A DNA stretch of 37,906 nucleotides from an uncultured Methanosarcinaceae archaeon (GCA_963721455.1 CAVRJG010000030.1:1-37906); one strand, 5' to 3'; shown: positions 1 through 10,531, counted from the stretch's first letter. Translations and numbers: made by a program. The notes: a model not told the origin generated them from the sequence alone.

Positions 1-804
1 ATCCCAAAACTTCATTTAATCTAATTATTGCTGCTACCATTACAACTCCTAAATATGATGTCTCTTTAATTTCATATCTTGGAAATACTTTCTTGCATGA
101 CTCTATCCAGCTAAAGAACCTTTCTACTATGCTTTTCTTTTTATATTCTTCCTGATCAACCTTTATTGGTCTTCCTCTCTTCTTTTTCTTCCGATTTCTT
201 TTATTTACTGGTATATTGGACTTTATTCCTCTTCTCCTGTTATATTTTCTAATTTTAGCTGTATCATACATTCCATCAGCTGTTACTTTGGAAGGCCTGT
301 TAACAGGCCTTCCTACAGGTCTCTTTATGTTGAAATTTTTAAGTGTAGGTATATAAAGTGTTGAATCATTTTTATTTGCAGGAACAATGATAATCGAGAG
401 AGGTAAACCCTGTAAGTTTACTAAAACGCTTAATTTTATTCCTTTTATCTTTTTGTGACCATCGTAGCCGATATTCCCCCTTTTTTAGCCGGAATATCCT
501 TTGTATCAGTAAAGCAATGAGAAAGATCTATTTTCTTCAAGTCGTAGCCTTTGTTTAAAAGCTCATTGAAAATCTTCTGATAAGTACCATGCTCACACAG
601 ATATAGATGGAATCTATGCACTGTTGACTTAGATCCATATTTCCTGGGAACGTCTTTCCACGTACAACCTGTCATAACAACGTACAAAATACCGTTCATT
701 AACTTCCTCATATGTGCACGCGGCCTTCCTGTATGTGGTTTCTGTGGAGGAAGATAAGGTTCTATGAATTTCCATAGAACGTCATCGATTTCATGGAATG
801 ACAT
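1..804 (-). CDS. IS5-family transposase, probably expressed by -1 programmed frameshift
   Basis: OrfA 445-804 (GRPR..LMNGILYVVMTGCTWKDVPRKYGSKSTVH). Slippery AAAAAAG at about 480-486. The -1 frame reads GYDGHKKIKGIKLSVLVNLQGLPL...RLNEVLG, with its stop in the IR at the window edge. Confidence 0.85.
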
Positions 805-852
805 AAATGTAAATTTATAATTTCAACATAATATTACTTTTGGGATAGGCTC
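1..852 (-). mobile_element. IS5-family insertion sequence (one end cut by the window edge)
   Basis: Ends ATCCCAAAA (position 1) and TTTTGGGATAGGCTC (838-852) are inverted repeats enclosing a two-frame transposase. Confidence 0.9.
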
Positions 853-1267
853 ATAGTTTTAATTGAGTGTCCGTAACATGCTTCTCTTTGTAGGGAAATT
901 GCTTTTCAAAATCCTCCAGCTCCTCATTTTCTATTTTAAAAACCTCGTCCTCATTAAATTTTCCTGAAATGCCCCTCAAGCTACCATCGTAGAGTTCCAA
1001 CGCCATAAATGCATCAAAATCATCACCCCAGGATGTCTGGATATTATATTCTTTAGCATTGACAAAACCAAAACGATGATAATAGTCAGGGTTTCCAAAA
1101 ATAATAATACCCTTATATCCCAACTGCCTTGCTTTTTCGATAGAATGATTCATTAATAAAGAACCAATCCCCTGCTTTTGGTATGATGGCAATACTGCAA
1201 ATGGGCCCATACATAAAACTTCGAATTCTTTATTTTCCTCATTTAGGACCTTAGCTCTTGAATTGAT
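851..1267 (-). pseudogene. GNAT N-acetyltransferase, 5'-truncated at the IS701 end
   Basis: Acetyl-CoA motif AVLPSYQKQGIGSLLM and GNPDYYHRFGF. The frame stays open (SRAKVLNEENKEFEVLC) up to the IS701 end; the N-terminus is not found beyond the IS. Confidence 0.8.
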
Positions 1268-2405
1268 TAGGAGTTACGCAGTTGGCTCTTAGCATATCGT
1301 TTTTCACAACTTCCCATCCATACAAATTAATTTAATGTGTACAGTGGATTATTTAAATATGCTGTCACTGCCACTCTTCTAATTTTCATGGCACTTTCAA
1401 ACCAGGATATTCCACTTTTGATTCTTTGTAATTCCAGTCTGAAAAAAGCTCTTAATGAAAACATTATATGTGCTCTTTGTGACTCTTCCTTCCTTGCCTG
1501 ACATTTTTCGACACCACAGAACTGCTTTATCCCTCTATGATATTCCTCAATTTTCCATGATTTCTTTGCCAAATCCTCACGTTTTGATTCATCCATATCC
1601 TGCACATCTGTAACCCAGTGTTGCGTGTCTCCATCTTTTGAAACAATCCGAAACACATTTACAAATCCATATGCTTTGAGATGAACCACAAGTCCTTCTG
1701 GAGGAATATCTACTGTTTCAAGTGGTACGTTTCCCTTGTTGTCAGGATTTACCAAACGATTATTTTTTAACCTCGTAAGGAAATGCCATTCTTTCTTCCT
1801 TATGGCTTTAAGGTTTTTCACACTTGCATACCATGTATCAAACAAAACAAATTCGGGATTAAAACCACGTTCTTCAGCTTTGTCAAGCATATCAAGGAAA
1901 TGGTCATTTTTCGTTTTGTCGTCTTCATCGATGTTATAAATTCGAAAATCGAGAGGTATGACGGTTGTACCGTCTGTCCAAACTAAGGTGACCAGGCCTA
2001 TCCCTTTTACAGTACGATGATGTTTTCCACTCCACTGGTACCGAACAAAGCCCATCTTTTCAGAATAAGGTTTATCCAATACTGTATCGTCGACAATCAT
2101 GTAGCCTTCTTTGGGAGTAACAAATTTCCTTACTTCAGTCCATAAAGATTCTGTATCTGAAGATTGATTTTGAAGAAGGCGAGTAAAACAATCATGAGAA
2201 GGAGCATTGACTAAAGATGAATAACAGCGAGCAGCTTCGGTACAACTATAAACGGTAGATGCTGCAATAAGAAAATTGATGTAATCAAGGACAGTACATT
2301 TGGGTGGATTTATAGGCATAACTCCAACCATTTTCATATTATATAAAAAAGGAATTATATTTTAAATGATTTTAAGTTTGCGGTGATTCAAGTGCGTAAG
2401 TCCTA
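1268..2405 (-). mobile_element. IS701-family insertion sequence
   Basis: Terminal IRs TAGGAGTTACGCAGTTG / CAAGTGCGTAAGTCCTA; no target-site duplication. Confidence 0.88.
1327..2337 (-). CDS. IS701-family transposase
   Basis: DDE motifs IVDDTVLDKPY, LFDTWYAS and WKIEEYHRGIKQFCG. Confidence 0.9.
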   Translation of the reverse strand: MKMVGVMPINPPKCTVLDYINFLIAASTVYSCTEAARCYSSLVNAPSHDCFTRLLQNQSSDTESLWTEVRKFVTPKEGYMIVDDTVLDKPYSEKMGFVRYQWSGKHHRTVKGIGLVTLVWTDGTTVIPLDFRIYNIDEDDKTKNDHFLDMLDKAEERGFNPEFVLFDTWYASVKNLKAIRKKEWHFLTRLKNNRLVNPDNKGNVPLETVDIPPEGLVVHLKAYGFVNVFRIVSKDGDTQHWVTDVQDMDESKREDLAKKSWKIEEYHRGIKQFCGVEKCQARKEESQRAHIMFSLRAFFRLELQRIKSGISWFESAMKIRRVAVTAYLNNPLYTLN

Positions 2406-2518
2406 AAAGTAATAAAAAACCTCTCTGTCAGAGAGGTTCCAGCATCTTCGTTGGTACGAACTCCTGCTTCAGAATCCGGTTCTTAAGCAGTGTACAGAGT
2501 ATTTCTGCCCGTACCCTG

Positions 2519-2695
2519 TTACACTGTCTCCCTGTGCAAGATTTCAACATCATTAATTAAAGCTGATTTTCCCGAGCCTGTCGGGCCTACGATTGAAAGG
2601 GTATCCCCTTGCCTTATTTCTATGCTTTCAAATCCTTCCTGTCCTCCAAATCTATTTTCTCCAGATTGAATGGTAAGGGTGAATTGTTGTGTCAT
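2519..2695 (-). pseudogene. ABC-type ATPase N-terminal fragment (frameshifted)
   Basis: Hand translation MTQQFTLTIQSGENRFGGQEGFESIEIRQGDTLSIVGPTGSGKSALINDVEI contains a Walker A motif. After a frameshift it continues AQGDSVTG. Confidence 0.7.
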
Positions 2696-2938
2696 ATGGT
2701 CAACTGTTTAGATCTGGCTTTTATATAACTTTCCGTATTATGGAAAATATTATCCTTTCAAGCCCAAAAAAAAACAAGTAAATGCCCATATTGGGCTAAA
2801 AATAAAAGAAAAACGGAAAGAATCGACTAATTCAAAGCTTTGATTTTTCCTCAGTAACTGCCTTAGGAATTACCATTACAACAGCACGGATAGAAAATGG
2901 CTGATGGCTTCAAGGTTAAACTGAACTTAACCACATGA

Positions 2939-3890
2939 TCAAATATCTATATGAGGTGTAAGGTCGCATCCAGTGCAGAGCATGCACATTGTGCGCGATT
3001 CAGCTACACAGAGCGACTGGCAGTCGAGCATATCCTTCAGCATACCTCCCAAGTTTTAAAAGCCGTGCAGCGTCTGGCCTGGTGATCTTCACATCTTTTC
3101 TCAGAGGATGTGGAGATATAGGTCTGAGAATTGGAATTATACATCGGTCCGTAAGGCGCTTGATACCCTTCTGGACGGTCTCGTCACTTTCCCCAAGGCC
3201 AATTATAAAGTTTGAAGATACCCGGTTTCTGCCGAAAATATTCACTGCAGTGTCGAGCGCATCAAGAACTGTATAGAGCGAGAGATCCGGACAGAAGCGG
3301 CGGAAAAGCTCAGGGTCCATAGTCTCAACATTGTATTTTACCTCGCATGCGCCTGCAGAATAAAGTTCTTCTGACGAACCTGTTGTGGGATAGACAGAGA
3401 CACCTATTGGGAGATCGTACTCACGTGTAAGCTGTTTTATGATACGTGCCGCCCTCTGGACTTCTTTCTTTGGCGAAACAGCTACACCGCTGGTAAGGGA
3501 AATTGCCTTCAGCTCACCCGTTGCATAAGCTTCCTCAACCATCTGGAGGACCTTTGTACTGTCCTTTATCCCGCCCTGCATTTTCGGTACCGGGCAAAAC
3601 TGGCAATCGTATACACATTTTTCGGATAACGTAATGTATGCCTGTTCCGGACAATGGCAGAGCGGCCGTTCAAGTACTCCCCTGGCAATCACATCATCGT
3701 CTTTAAGACTACCACATTTTCATCTTCCGGCACTACACGCAAAGGAGACGTATCATTGATTGTAAGCCTCACCCGCCGGTTTCCTGACTTCAGAAAGATC
3801 GAGGCGCCACCTGCTCCGGGTCCGGCTGTAGCCTTGCTCTTAAGCTGATCAGGAAGAAGGGATTTGTCGACCTGAGCACTTCCTATGCTT
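2939..3890 (-). pseudogene. Radical SAM protein (biotin-synthase-related), two frameshifts, 5' end lost at ISAzo13
   Basis: CVYDCQFC (CxxxCxxC). Frameshifts near 3695 and 3040; the true C-terminus MLKDMLDCQ...MCMLCTGCDLTPHIDI* lies in another frame. Confidence 0.8.
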
Positions 3891-5215
3891 AGGAATAACA
3901 AATATATAATTTAAAGTATTTTTATTGTCATATAATATTGTTGATTAAAATCTGTTAGAAATGACAAGGAATTTACTTTAATGCTGCGCACAAAATATTC
4001 TGAGGAAATTGAAAAACAAATGAAAGTGTTTTATAACACTTTAAATGAGAAAGATCGAAGAAGATATGCAGCCATAGAAGCAATGAAATTAGGTCATGGG
4101 GGACAAAACTACATAAGTAGTGTTCTAGGCTGTCATTTTCAAACTGTTATGGCTGGAATTAGTGAAATCACTAATGGTATAGAAAAACCAGATAACAGGA
4201 TTCGAAAGCCTGGTGGAGGTAAAAAGAAAATCATCGATACAGTCGAGAATATTGATGAAGTTTTCTTTGAGATTTTAAAAGATCATACGGCTGGAAGCCC
4301 TATGGATAACGAAATAAAATGGACAAATCTGAGTCTTAAGGAGATTTCAAAGGCTTTTGAAGCAAAAGGCATGAACATAAGTCCCCATGTAGTAAAGCAG
4401 CTCTTAAAGAAACATGGTTTTGCAAAGAGAAAGATGCAAAAAACCGTCACAATGAAAGATTGTAAAGATAGGAATGAGCAATTTGAGAGGATTCGTGAGT
4501 TAAAAGAAGAGTACTCAAAAAGCAAGAATCCGATTATCAGTATAGATGTCAAAAAAAAGAATTCATAGGCAACTTCTACCGTGACGGAAAAGTTTATTGT
4601 ACTCAGCCAGTTAAGGTTTATGACCACGATTTCAATACATTTTCAGATGGCATTGTAATTCCACATGGCATTTACGACTTAAAACGTAACGAAGGATACA
4701 TCACTTTAGGAACCAGTAAGGATACAAGCGAGTTTTGTTGTGATGGCATTAAAGACTGGTGGAAAAACTACGGTAAGCAAAATTATCCAGAAGCAAATAG
4801 CGTTTTAACCTTAGCCGATAGCGGTGGAAGCAACTCAAGTAGACATTTTATATTTAAAGAAGACTTACAAAAACTAGTAGACGAAATTGGGATTGAAATC
4901 AGAATGGCTCATTATCCATCATATACTTCGAAATACAATCCAATAGAACACAGGTTATTCTGTCATGTTACAAGTGCCTGCAAAGGTGTTGTCTTTAGCA
5001 GTATTGATGTGGTCAAAAGCCTTATTGATAAGACTTCTACATCAACAGGATTAAAAGTGTTTTCGACTATCAAAAATAAAGTTTATGCAAAGGCAAGAAA
5101 AGTAAGTGAAAACTTCAAGGAAAACATGAAAATTGTATTTGACGATTATTTGGGGAAATGGAATTATAAAGTAATTCCCGAAGTAGAAATGTGAAGTTAT
5201 TTTTTAGCTATTCCT
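3891..5215 (+). mobile_element. ISAzo13-family insertion sequence
   Basis: Imperfect IRs AGGAATAACAAATATATAATT / AAGTTATTTTTTAGCTATTCCT around the transposase. Confidence 0.82.
3981..5194 (+). CDS. ISAzo13-family transposase (-1 frameshift at an A8G run, about 4551-4559)
   Basis: LNEKDRRRYAA, RKPGGGKK and ISIDVKKK in the first frame; the -1 frame gives KEFIGNFYRDG..VYDHDF..ADSGGSN..HYPSYTSKYNPIEHRLF. Confidence 0.88.
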
Positions 5216-5412
5216 TAGTATCTGTCTTCTCTGGGTTTCCTGTGCTTAGGAAGACATTCTCTGCAGTAAACGGGTCTTTCCGGGTCAGGTTTGAAAGGTA
5301 CTTCGGTTTCAACACCACAATCAGAACATTTTGTCTTGTGCATTTCCTTTGGAGCTCCGAAACCCCCGCGGCTGCTGTCTCTTCCCCTGTTTCCTCTGTC
5401 ATTAAAGGCCAT
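5215..5412 (-). CDS. CxxC-x17-CxxC small zinc-binding protein
   Basis: EMHKTKCSDCGVETEVPFKPDPERPVYCRECL; upstream GGTGA ribosome-binding site. Confidence 0.9.
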   Translation of the reverse strand: MAFNDRGNRGRDSSRGGFGAPKEMHKTKCSDCGVETEVPFKPDPERPVYCRECLPKHRKPREDRY

Positions 5413-5693
5413 TTTGTTTCACCTTAGTTTTAGTTGTTAGTTATTGCTGAAAAATAAGATTGTATACGACTCTTTGGTTAAAAACAAAAATTGGTTTTTA
5501 ACAACAGATTGTTATACATCTCTTTATTTTCAATACACATACATTGCATTTAAAATATATAAATGTTTCTATAGTTATAAAAATAGATTTTTTTTAAATG
5601 AAAGAAAACTTTGTGAACAGGGTTTATGGGGCAGATAAAATATCTGAAATTCCAATTCCGGCTGATTATCCGATAAAGCAAAACTTATCGACT

Positions 5694-5813
5694 CTGCAAA
5701 GTGCTCCTTCTAAATCTGCAAAAATCACGGATTTTTAGTTATCTTTTCTTCACAAACTTATTCGGGGAAGATTGAAGCAGACCGCCGGCAGGAAAAATAT
5801 ATTTTAACTGAAT
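5694..5813. repeat. Intergenic palindromic repeat, copy A (3' part)
   Basis: CTGCAAAGTGCTCCTTCTAAATCTGCAAAAATCACGG...TTCGGGGAAGATT..GCAGACCGCCGGCAGGAAAAATATA, shared with 7010-7118. Confidence 0.85.
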
Positions 5814-5889
5814 TGGAATAAACTAAGAAAAGAAAACATACCTTGACAAATGAGGCTTATCCGATAAAATGGCTAAAGCCACAGAAATC

Positions 5890-6126
5890 TTACTTCAAAA
5901 GAGCCTCGAATTCTTCCACAGTAAGTCCTGAAGCTTTTATTAAATTTCTTAAAAGGCCCGGTTTAAGTTCTTTGTGCTTCGGGACAGTCAGCGTAACTTT
6001 AGAGCCTTCTTTTCTCAGAACAACGTGACTTCCTACCTGCCGATGAGAGAGCCAGCCAGCTTTGGAAAAGGCTTTAATTGCCTGCGTCCAGGAAATTACA
6101 GGAAGTCCACATTCAAGCGACCACAT
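5890..6126 (-). CDS. hicA: HicA-family toxin
   Basis: LPVIS..AIKAFSKAGW...RQVGSHVVL..LTVPKHKELKPGLLRNLIK, with the catalytic His in GSH. The start codon is uncertain. Confidence 0.88.
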   Translation of the reverse strand: MWSLECGLPVISWTQAIKAFSKAGWLSHRQVGSHVVLRKEGSKVTLTVPKHKELKPGLLRNLIKASGLTVEEFEALLK

Positions 6127-6331
6127 CAACCACTCTGCAGGAAGACTTTCCAATGCATTCCTGCAGTTCGTCTTCTGCGAGGGACTCCAGGCAGACCTGA
6201 ATCGCTTCTTTAATATTTTCAATAGCTTCTTCTACCGTATCTCCCTGTGAAAAGCAGCCCGGAAAGCCGGGGCAGCTGGCAACAAATCCCCTGGTTTCCT
6301 CGTCTTCCTCAAGGATAATTTTGAACCGCAT
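6113..6331 (-). CDS. hicB: HicB-family antitoxin (short form, no DNA-binding domain)
   Basis: GFVASCPGFPGCFSQGDTVEEAIENIKEAI; overlaps the hicA start. Confidence 0.9.
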   Translation of the reverse strand: MRFKIILEEDEETRGFVASCPGFPGCFSQGDTVEEAIENIKEAIQVCLESLAEDELQECIGKSSCRVVDVVA

Positions 6332-6431
6332 AAGGTCGATTATAAGGCTTTTTGCTTAAATTTCTATGGGTGAAAGGATTTAACATTCGAATATATTCCA
6401 TGAAAAACAGAATTCAGTTGACAGGTTTTCA

Positions 6432-6523
6432 CTTTAATCTGAAAACTTCCCCCCAGCAAAGAAGATCGCTTGATCTAAAGAAACCCTGCAAAGTGCTCCT
6501 TTAAATCTGCAATTTAACTGAAT
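6432..6523. repeat. Intergenic palindromic repeat, copy B (internally deleted)
   Basis: CTTTAATCTGAAAACTTCCCCCCAGC..CTGCAAAGTGCTCCTT..AAATCTGCAA joined directly to TTTAACTGAAT, which is the end of copy A. Confidence 0.8.
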
Positions 6524-6597
6524 AAATAGTCTCCTAAAGTTTTAAGTTCATGATATTGTATAGCGATGTTTTTATGCAAAAAAGGAAAATCTAAAGT

Positions 6598-6918
6598 ATG
6601 GACTTTACAGGAACATGGCACATTTATGAGATGGAACTATGGGATGAGGACTATTTCAATATGGAAGTTCAGGCTTATATTATGATAGAGCCAGACAACC
6701 TGGGGTATTTTCAATTTGGTTTAGTTTCTGGTGATATAGACGGAAGGATCGTTGATTATGCTGATGGCAAAAGATTTGAATTCACGTGGGAAGGAAATGA
6801 TGAGTGCGACCATGTCTTTGGTAGTGGTTGGGTCCAGATAAAAGAAAAAGACGTACTGGAAGGCGAGTTTAGATTTCATCTAGGAGACAGTTCTACCTTT
6901 TTAGCAAGGAGAGCATGA
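6598..6918 (+). CDS. Hypothetical beta-rich acidic protein (106 aa)
   Basis: Clean ORF with protein-like composition (FTGTWHIYEMELWD..FEFTWEGNDE..GSGW). Function not recognised. Confidence 0.75.
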   Translation: MDFTGTWHIYEMELWDEDYFNMEVQAYIMIEPDNLGYFQFGLVSGDIDGRIVDYADGKRFEFTWEGNDECDHVFGSGWVQIKEKDVLEGEFRFHLGDSSTFLARRA

Positions 6919-6956
6919 CGGCTTTCCTTGATTCATAATTCACCTGAAAAACATAC

Positions 6957-7117
6957 CTTTAATCTGAAAACTTCCCCCAGCATAGAAGATCACTTCGAGC
7001 AAAAAAGCCCTGCAAAGTGCTCCTTCTAAATCTGCAAAAATCACGGGTTTTCGAGTTTTCTTATTTCTACAGACAGATTCGGGGAAGATTTCAGCAGACC
7101 GCCGGCAGGAAAAATAT
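6957..7117. repeat. Intergenic palindromic repeat, copy C (most complete)
   Basis: Internal IR CTGAAAACTTCCCC (6964-6977) / GGGGAAGATTTCAG (7081-7094), 13/14 complementary. Confidence 0.85.
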
Positions 7118-7247
7118 AAGCTTATCCCATAACTCAAACTTCTTCTCCAAATCTCGAATTCGGAATAATCAATGAGTTTCTAATAATGGAAAATAATTCT
7201 GAAACTCTTATTGATTTTGAGGATAAGACTGGGTTTGGTATAAGCTC
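7118..7247. mobile_element. MITE with IS5-type ends, diverged copy
   Basis: AGCTTATCCCATAAC...GGTTTGGTATAAGCTC; colinear with the 131-bp copies at 10643 and 12161. Confidence 0.75.
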
Positions 7248-7275
7248 CGTAAATAGTCATGTTTGAAGTATTATT

Positions 7276-8994
7276 CCTACTTTCGGCAGGTAAACATATA
7301 GATTAATATAATTAATTTTATATCTCTTTCCTGGTCTTCCCATGGCAGAGAAAAACAGCAGTAGAAGAATTGAATCCTCCTTAAAACGCACAAGGTTCTT
7401 AGGTCACCTTGGCCTTATCGCTGGAGTTTTCAGAGAACTTGAAGTTGACAAACTGATCGACGAGAAACTCCCAAAGGAAAGGGATCATAATGTCCCTCAC
7501 TCAGTCTGCATCCTTGCCATGGTAATCAATGGTCTTGGTTTCATAGGGCAACGTTTGTACCTGTTTCCTGATTTTTTCAAAAACGTTTCTACGGAAAGGC
7601 TCTTTGGAGACAGTGTAACAAGAGAAGACCTGAATCAATATGCTATCGGAGAGACTCTTGATAGAATCGTAAAATACGGCCCTACAAAACTGTTTACGGA
7701 AATTACTCTTCACATTATGAATCGTCTACCTATTCCTGTCCATTGTTTACACGCTGACACTACAAGTGTCAGCGTTTATGGGGATTATGATGACGAAGAA
7801 ACTGAGTCTATTGATATTACTTTTGGAGTTCCCAAAAACGGAAGATGGGATCTCAAACAATTTGTACTAAGCTTGATTGTTAATCAGCATGGGATACCTC
7901 TTTTTATGAATACTCATTCAGGAAATGCTTCAGACAAAAACACAATTCTGGAAGCAATCAAGTCTCTCAAATCGGTTTTAAGACCTGAAAGCAAAGTGTA
8001 CTATGTCGCTGATAGTTCCTTTTACACAGATAATAATCTCAAGAACATGGGAAAGGCATTCTGGATCAGTCGCGTTCCTGCAACAATTAATGAGGCAAAG
8101 GAGTTGCTAACTGCAAATTTGAACCTGAAAATGCTGAAAAGCGATGAGAGATACTCATTTTATCAAACTTTTGTGGAATATGGTGGAGTCAAACAAAAGT
8201 GGGTTTTGTTGCTTTCTCACAAGATGAAAGAGAAGAAAGAGGGAACTCTCGGAAAAAAGATTGAAAAAGAGATTGAAAAAGCAGAAAAGGCTTTTAAAAA
8301 GCTGAAAGGAGAGGACTTTTTCTGCGAAGAGGATGCATTAAAAGCTGCGGAGAAATGGATTCAAGAATTCCCGTCTATTGTGTTTGAAAAAGTAGATTTG
8401 AAAGCCATTAAGAAACGTGAAGAAGGTAAAAGAGGCAGAACTTCAAAAGATGAGAAATTAAATACTTATTACAGGATTGATGGCAGCATAAAGGTTAATA
8501 ACGCTTTTGTTTTGAAAGAAATGGAGAAAATGGGACTTTTCATTCTTGCAAGTAATGATATCAGTATTTCTCCTGAAGAGATGCTAAAGTATTACAAAGG
8601 ACAGGATAACGTAGAAAAAGGATTCAGATTCTTGAAAAGTCATACATTTAGCATATCAAAAGTTTACCTCAAGAATAAAGCAAGAATCGAAGCAGTGACC
8701 ATGATAATGGTTCTCTGCTTAATGATTTATTCAATAGCAGAATGGAAGCTGAGGACAAAATTAGAGGAACAAAATGAAACGGTTCCAGATCAAAAAGGGA
8801 AACCAACAAAAAGACCTACAATGAGATGGATATTTTTCAATTTCCAGGGGATTACAGAACTTATAACTCAGAAAGAAGAGAAAATAGAGTCAGAAATATT
8901 GAATATGGAAGAGATTCACTGGAAGATATTGAGTCTCATGGGGGAGAAATATGAAAATATATATCTCTAATTACGTTAACCTGCCGAATGTAGG
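7276..8994 (+). mobile_element. IS1634-family insertion sequence, intact
   Basis: IRs CCTACTTTCGGCAGGT / ACCTGCCGAATGTAGG; 5-bp target duplication TTATT (7271-7275 and 8995-8999). Confidence 0.92.
7342..8970 (+). CDS. IS1634-family transposase (542 aa)
   Basis: LGHLGLIAG, HADTTSVSVYG, DLKQFVL, VADSSFY and YKGQDNVEKGFRFLK. Confidence 0.93.
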   Translation: MAEKNSSRRIESSLKRTRFLGHLGLIAGVFRELEVDKLIDEKLPKERDHNVPHSVCILAMVINGLGFIGQRLYLFPDFFKNVSTERLFGDSVTREDLNQYAIGETLDRIVKYGPTKLFTEITLHIMNRLPIPVHCLHADTTSVSVYGDYDDEETESIDITFGVPKNGRWDLKQFVLSLIVNQHGIPLFMNTHSGNASDKNTILEAIKSLKSVLRPESKVYYVADSSFYTDNNLKNMGKAFWISRVPATINEAKELLTANLNLKMLKSDERYSFYQTFVEYGGVKQKWVLLLSHKMKEKKEGTLGKKIEKEIEKAEKAFKKLKGEDFFCEEDALKAAEKWIQEFPSIVFEKVDLKAIKKREEGKRGRTSKDEKLNTYYRIDGSIKVNNAFVLKEMEKMGLFILASNDISISPEEMLKYYKGQDNVEKGFRFLKSHTFSISKVYLKNKARIEAVTMIMVLCLMIYSIAEWKLRTKLEEQNETVPDQKGKPTKRPTMRWIFFNFQGITELITQKEEKIESEILNMEEIHWKILSLMGEKYENIYL

Positions 8995-9338
8995 TTATTT
9001 CCTTAATTTTTAATCAAATTTTTGGTATTGAATTTGACAGATCGTATAGATAACGGACAAAATATAGATACTGTACAAAAAATTATATGCCAAAAAGGCT
9101 AAAATGGAACAAAAAATCTTCACTCCTTCATTTTTTAGAGGCTTTGGGGCTGAAAAACCAGCAAATCAGAGGTAAGTTTGATATAATTTTTGTATTCTGT
9201 CAAATGATTTTTGACGAAAAATGAGGTTTCTAACTAAATGGAATTTATACTGTCTAACTAAGGTAATAATTAATATAATGCTCAAAGGAGGGCAGGCAAC
9301 TTAATTGGGGAAGTTAATAGCTACCTGAATCGGGGGAG

Positions 9339-9559
9339 GTGAATCTATAAAAAGAGGCCCGTGCGAGGCTAAAGAGTTTATAAGCGTTAGGGGTCTCGGT
9401 CATCCTGCAAACAGGAAAGATCTTATTAGGTTTGCTGAAGGAAAACAGGCAGAGAGTGATTTCCTGGATCTTCTAGGGATACCTGAAATAGAATATAATC
9501 GCCTGATGAAGTTACCAGAGAAATCGAACATTTGGAAAGCGATAGTATCAAATCACTAA
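9339..9559 (+). pseudogene. DUF2795-domain pseudogene
   Basis: Frame-broken translation GLGHPANRKDLIRFAEGKQAESDFLDLLGIPEIEYN..PDEVTREIE resembles the intact neighbour. Confidence 0.6.
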
Positions 9560-9793
9560 AACCAAAAGAAGACTGAATTTTCGGGCTTTTAGTTTAGATT
9601 ATAGAGTTATTATAAATTTAGTAATATTTAAGAGATCACGTCTGCAAAAAGGGCGGTCTCTTAAAAGTAGTATCATGAATACGCCAGAATATAGTACCAG
9701 TTAAGGTAAGATAAATATTGGGAAATATTCCAATAGAAAATATACATCAACTCTGAAATAAACAACAAATAATAAAGATAAGGGGAAAAATTT

Positions 9794-10093
9794 ATGGAAA
9801 CAAGTCCTATTGAGGTTCAGAAGGCTTTAAAGGGTATGGATTATCCAGCAAAAAAGAAGGATCTTATTGAGAAAGCTAGAGAAAACGATGCTCCTGAGGA
9901 AGTAATGCAAGTTCTTGAGAATCTTCCAGACAAAAAATTTGAGAATGCTGTGGATGTCAGCAAAGAATTCGGAGAAGGAGGAGGTAGCAGAGGTGGCCGT
10001 CACGGAGGAGGTAGCAGAGGCGGCCAGGAAGAAAAAGGCCAGAGAATAAGCGGTCAGAAACAAGGCGGCAGAGGCCACAAAAAAGAAGAGTAA
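9794..10093 (+). CDS. DUF2795-domain protein with a Gly/Arg-rich tail
   Basis: SPIEVQKALKGMDYPAKKKDLIEKARENDAPEEVMQVLENLPDKKFENAVDV followed by two GGGSRGG repeats. Confidence 0.85.
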   Translation: METSPIEVQKALKGMDYPAKKKDLIEKARENDAPEEVMQVLENLPDKKFENAVDVSKEFGEGGGSRGGRHGGGSRGGQEEKGQRISGQKQGGRGHKKEE

Positions 10094-10107
10094 GTTGAAG
10101 ATAGAAT

Positions 10108-10531
10108 ATGCCAGCAAACTTGATGGAATATTTCAACAAAGCGCCTAGGCTTGGCATTCGTCTTCGGTTCACCTCATATGATCGATGAAAAAACCGTCGT
10201 AGCTTCAACAGCTAAGAACCGAACCTTCGAAAACCTTTTGGAGAGTCCAGATGCCGTGTACATAATCATGGAGCGGTGTTTTGAGAATCCAAACGCAGCG
10301 AAGATGAATATGGAATCAGGAAGTCCAGTCATTGACTGGAAAGGGATCCGGGTTTATATGAGGATGAAGGAATATCAGACGTCTAGGCAAATGCTCGAAA
10401 TGATCCGGAGCCAGGCTGCCAGCTTTGTTGGCGAGGAAGCCGCAAAGATGCTGCACGCTGCAGTGACCTTCGAAATATACGAGGTTAGACCATTGGTAGA
10501 TTTTGGGCAGAGTTGGGAGAAATCTATCTAA
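10108..10531 (+). pseudogene. Pyridoxamine 5'-phosphate oxidase-like (FMN-binding split barrel) gene with an internal frameshifting deletion
   Basis: MPANLMEYFNKAPRLG in one frame; FVFGSPHMIDEKTVV..NRTFENL..WKGIRVY..YEVRPLVDFG in another. Confidence 0.7.

Noticed and set aside
6940-7137. 65-aa minus-strand ORF
   Set aside because: It lies almost entirely within the palindromic repeat and the MITE end.
9025-9263. Possible decayed IS1634-type MITE (TTGAATTTGACAGA ... CTGTCTAACTAAGG)
   Set aside because: The ends are too degenerate and there is no target duplication.
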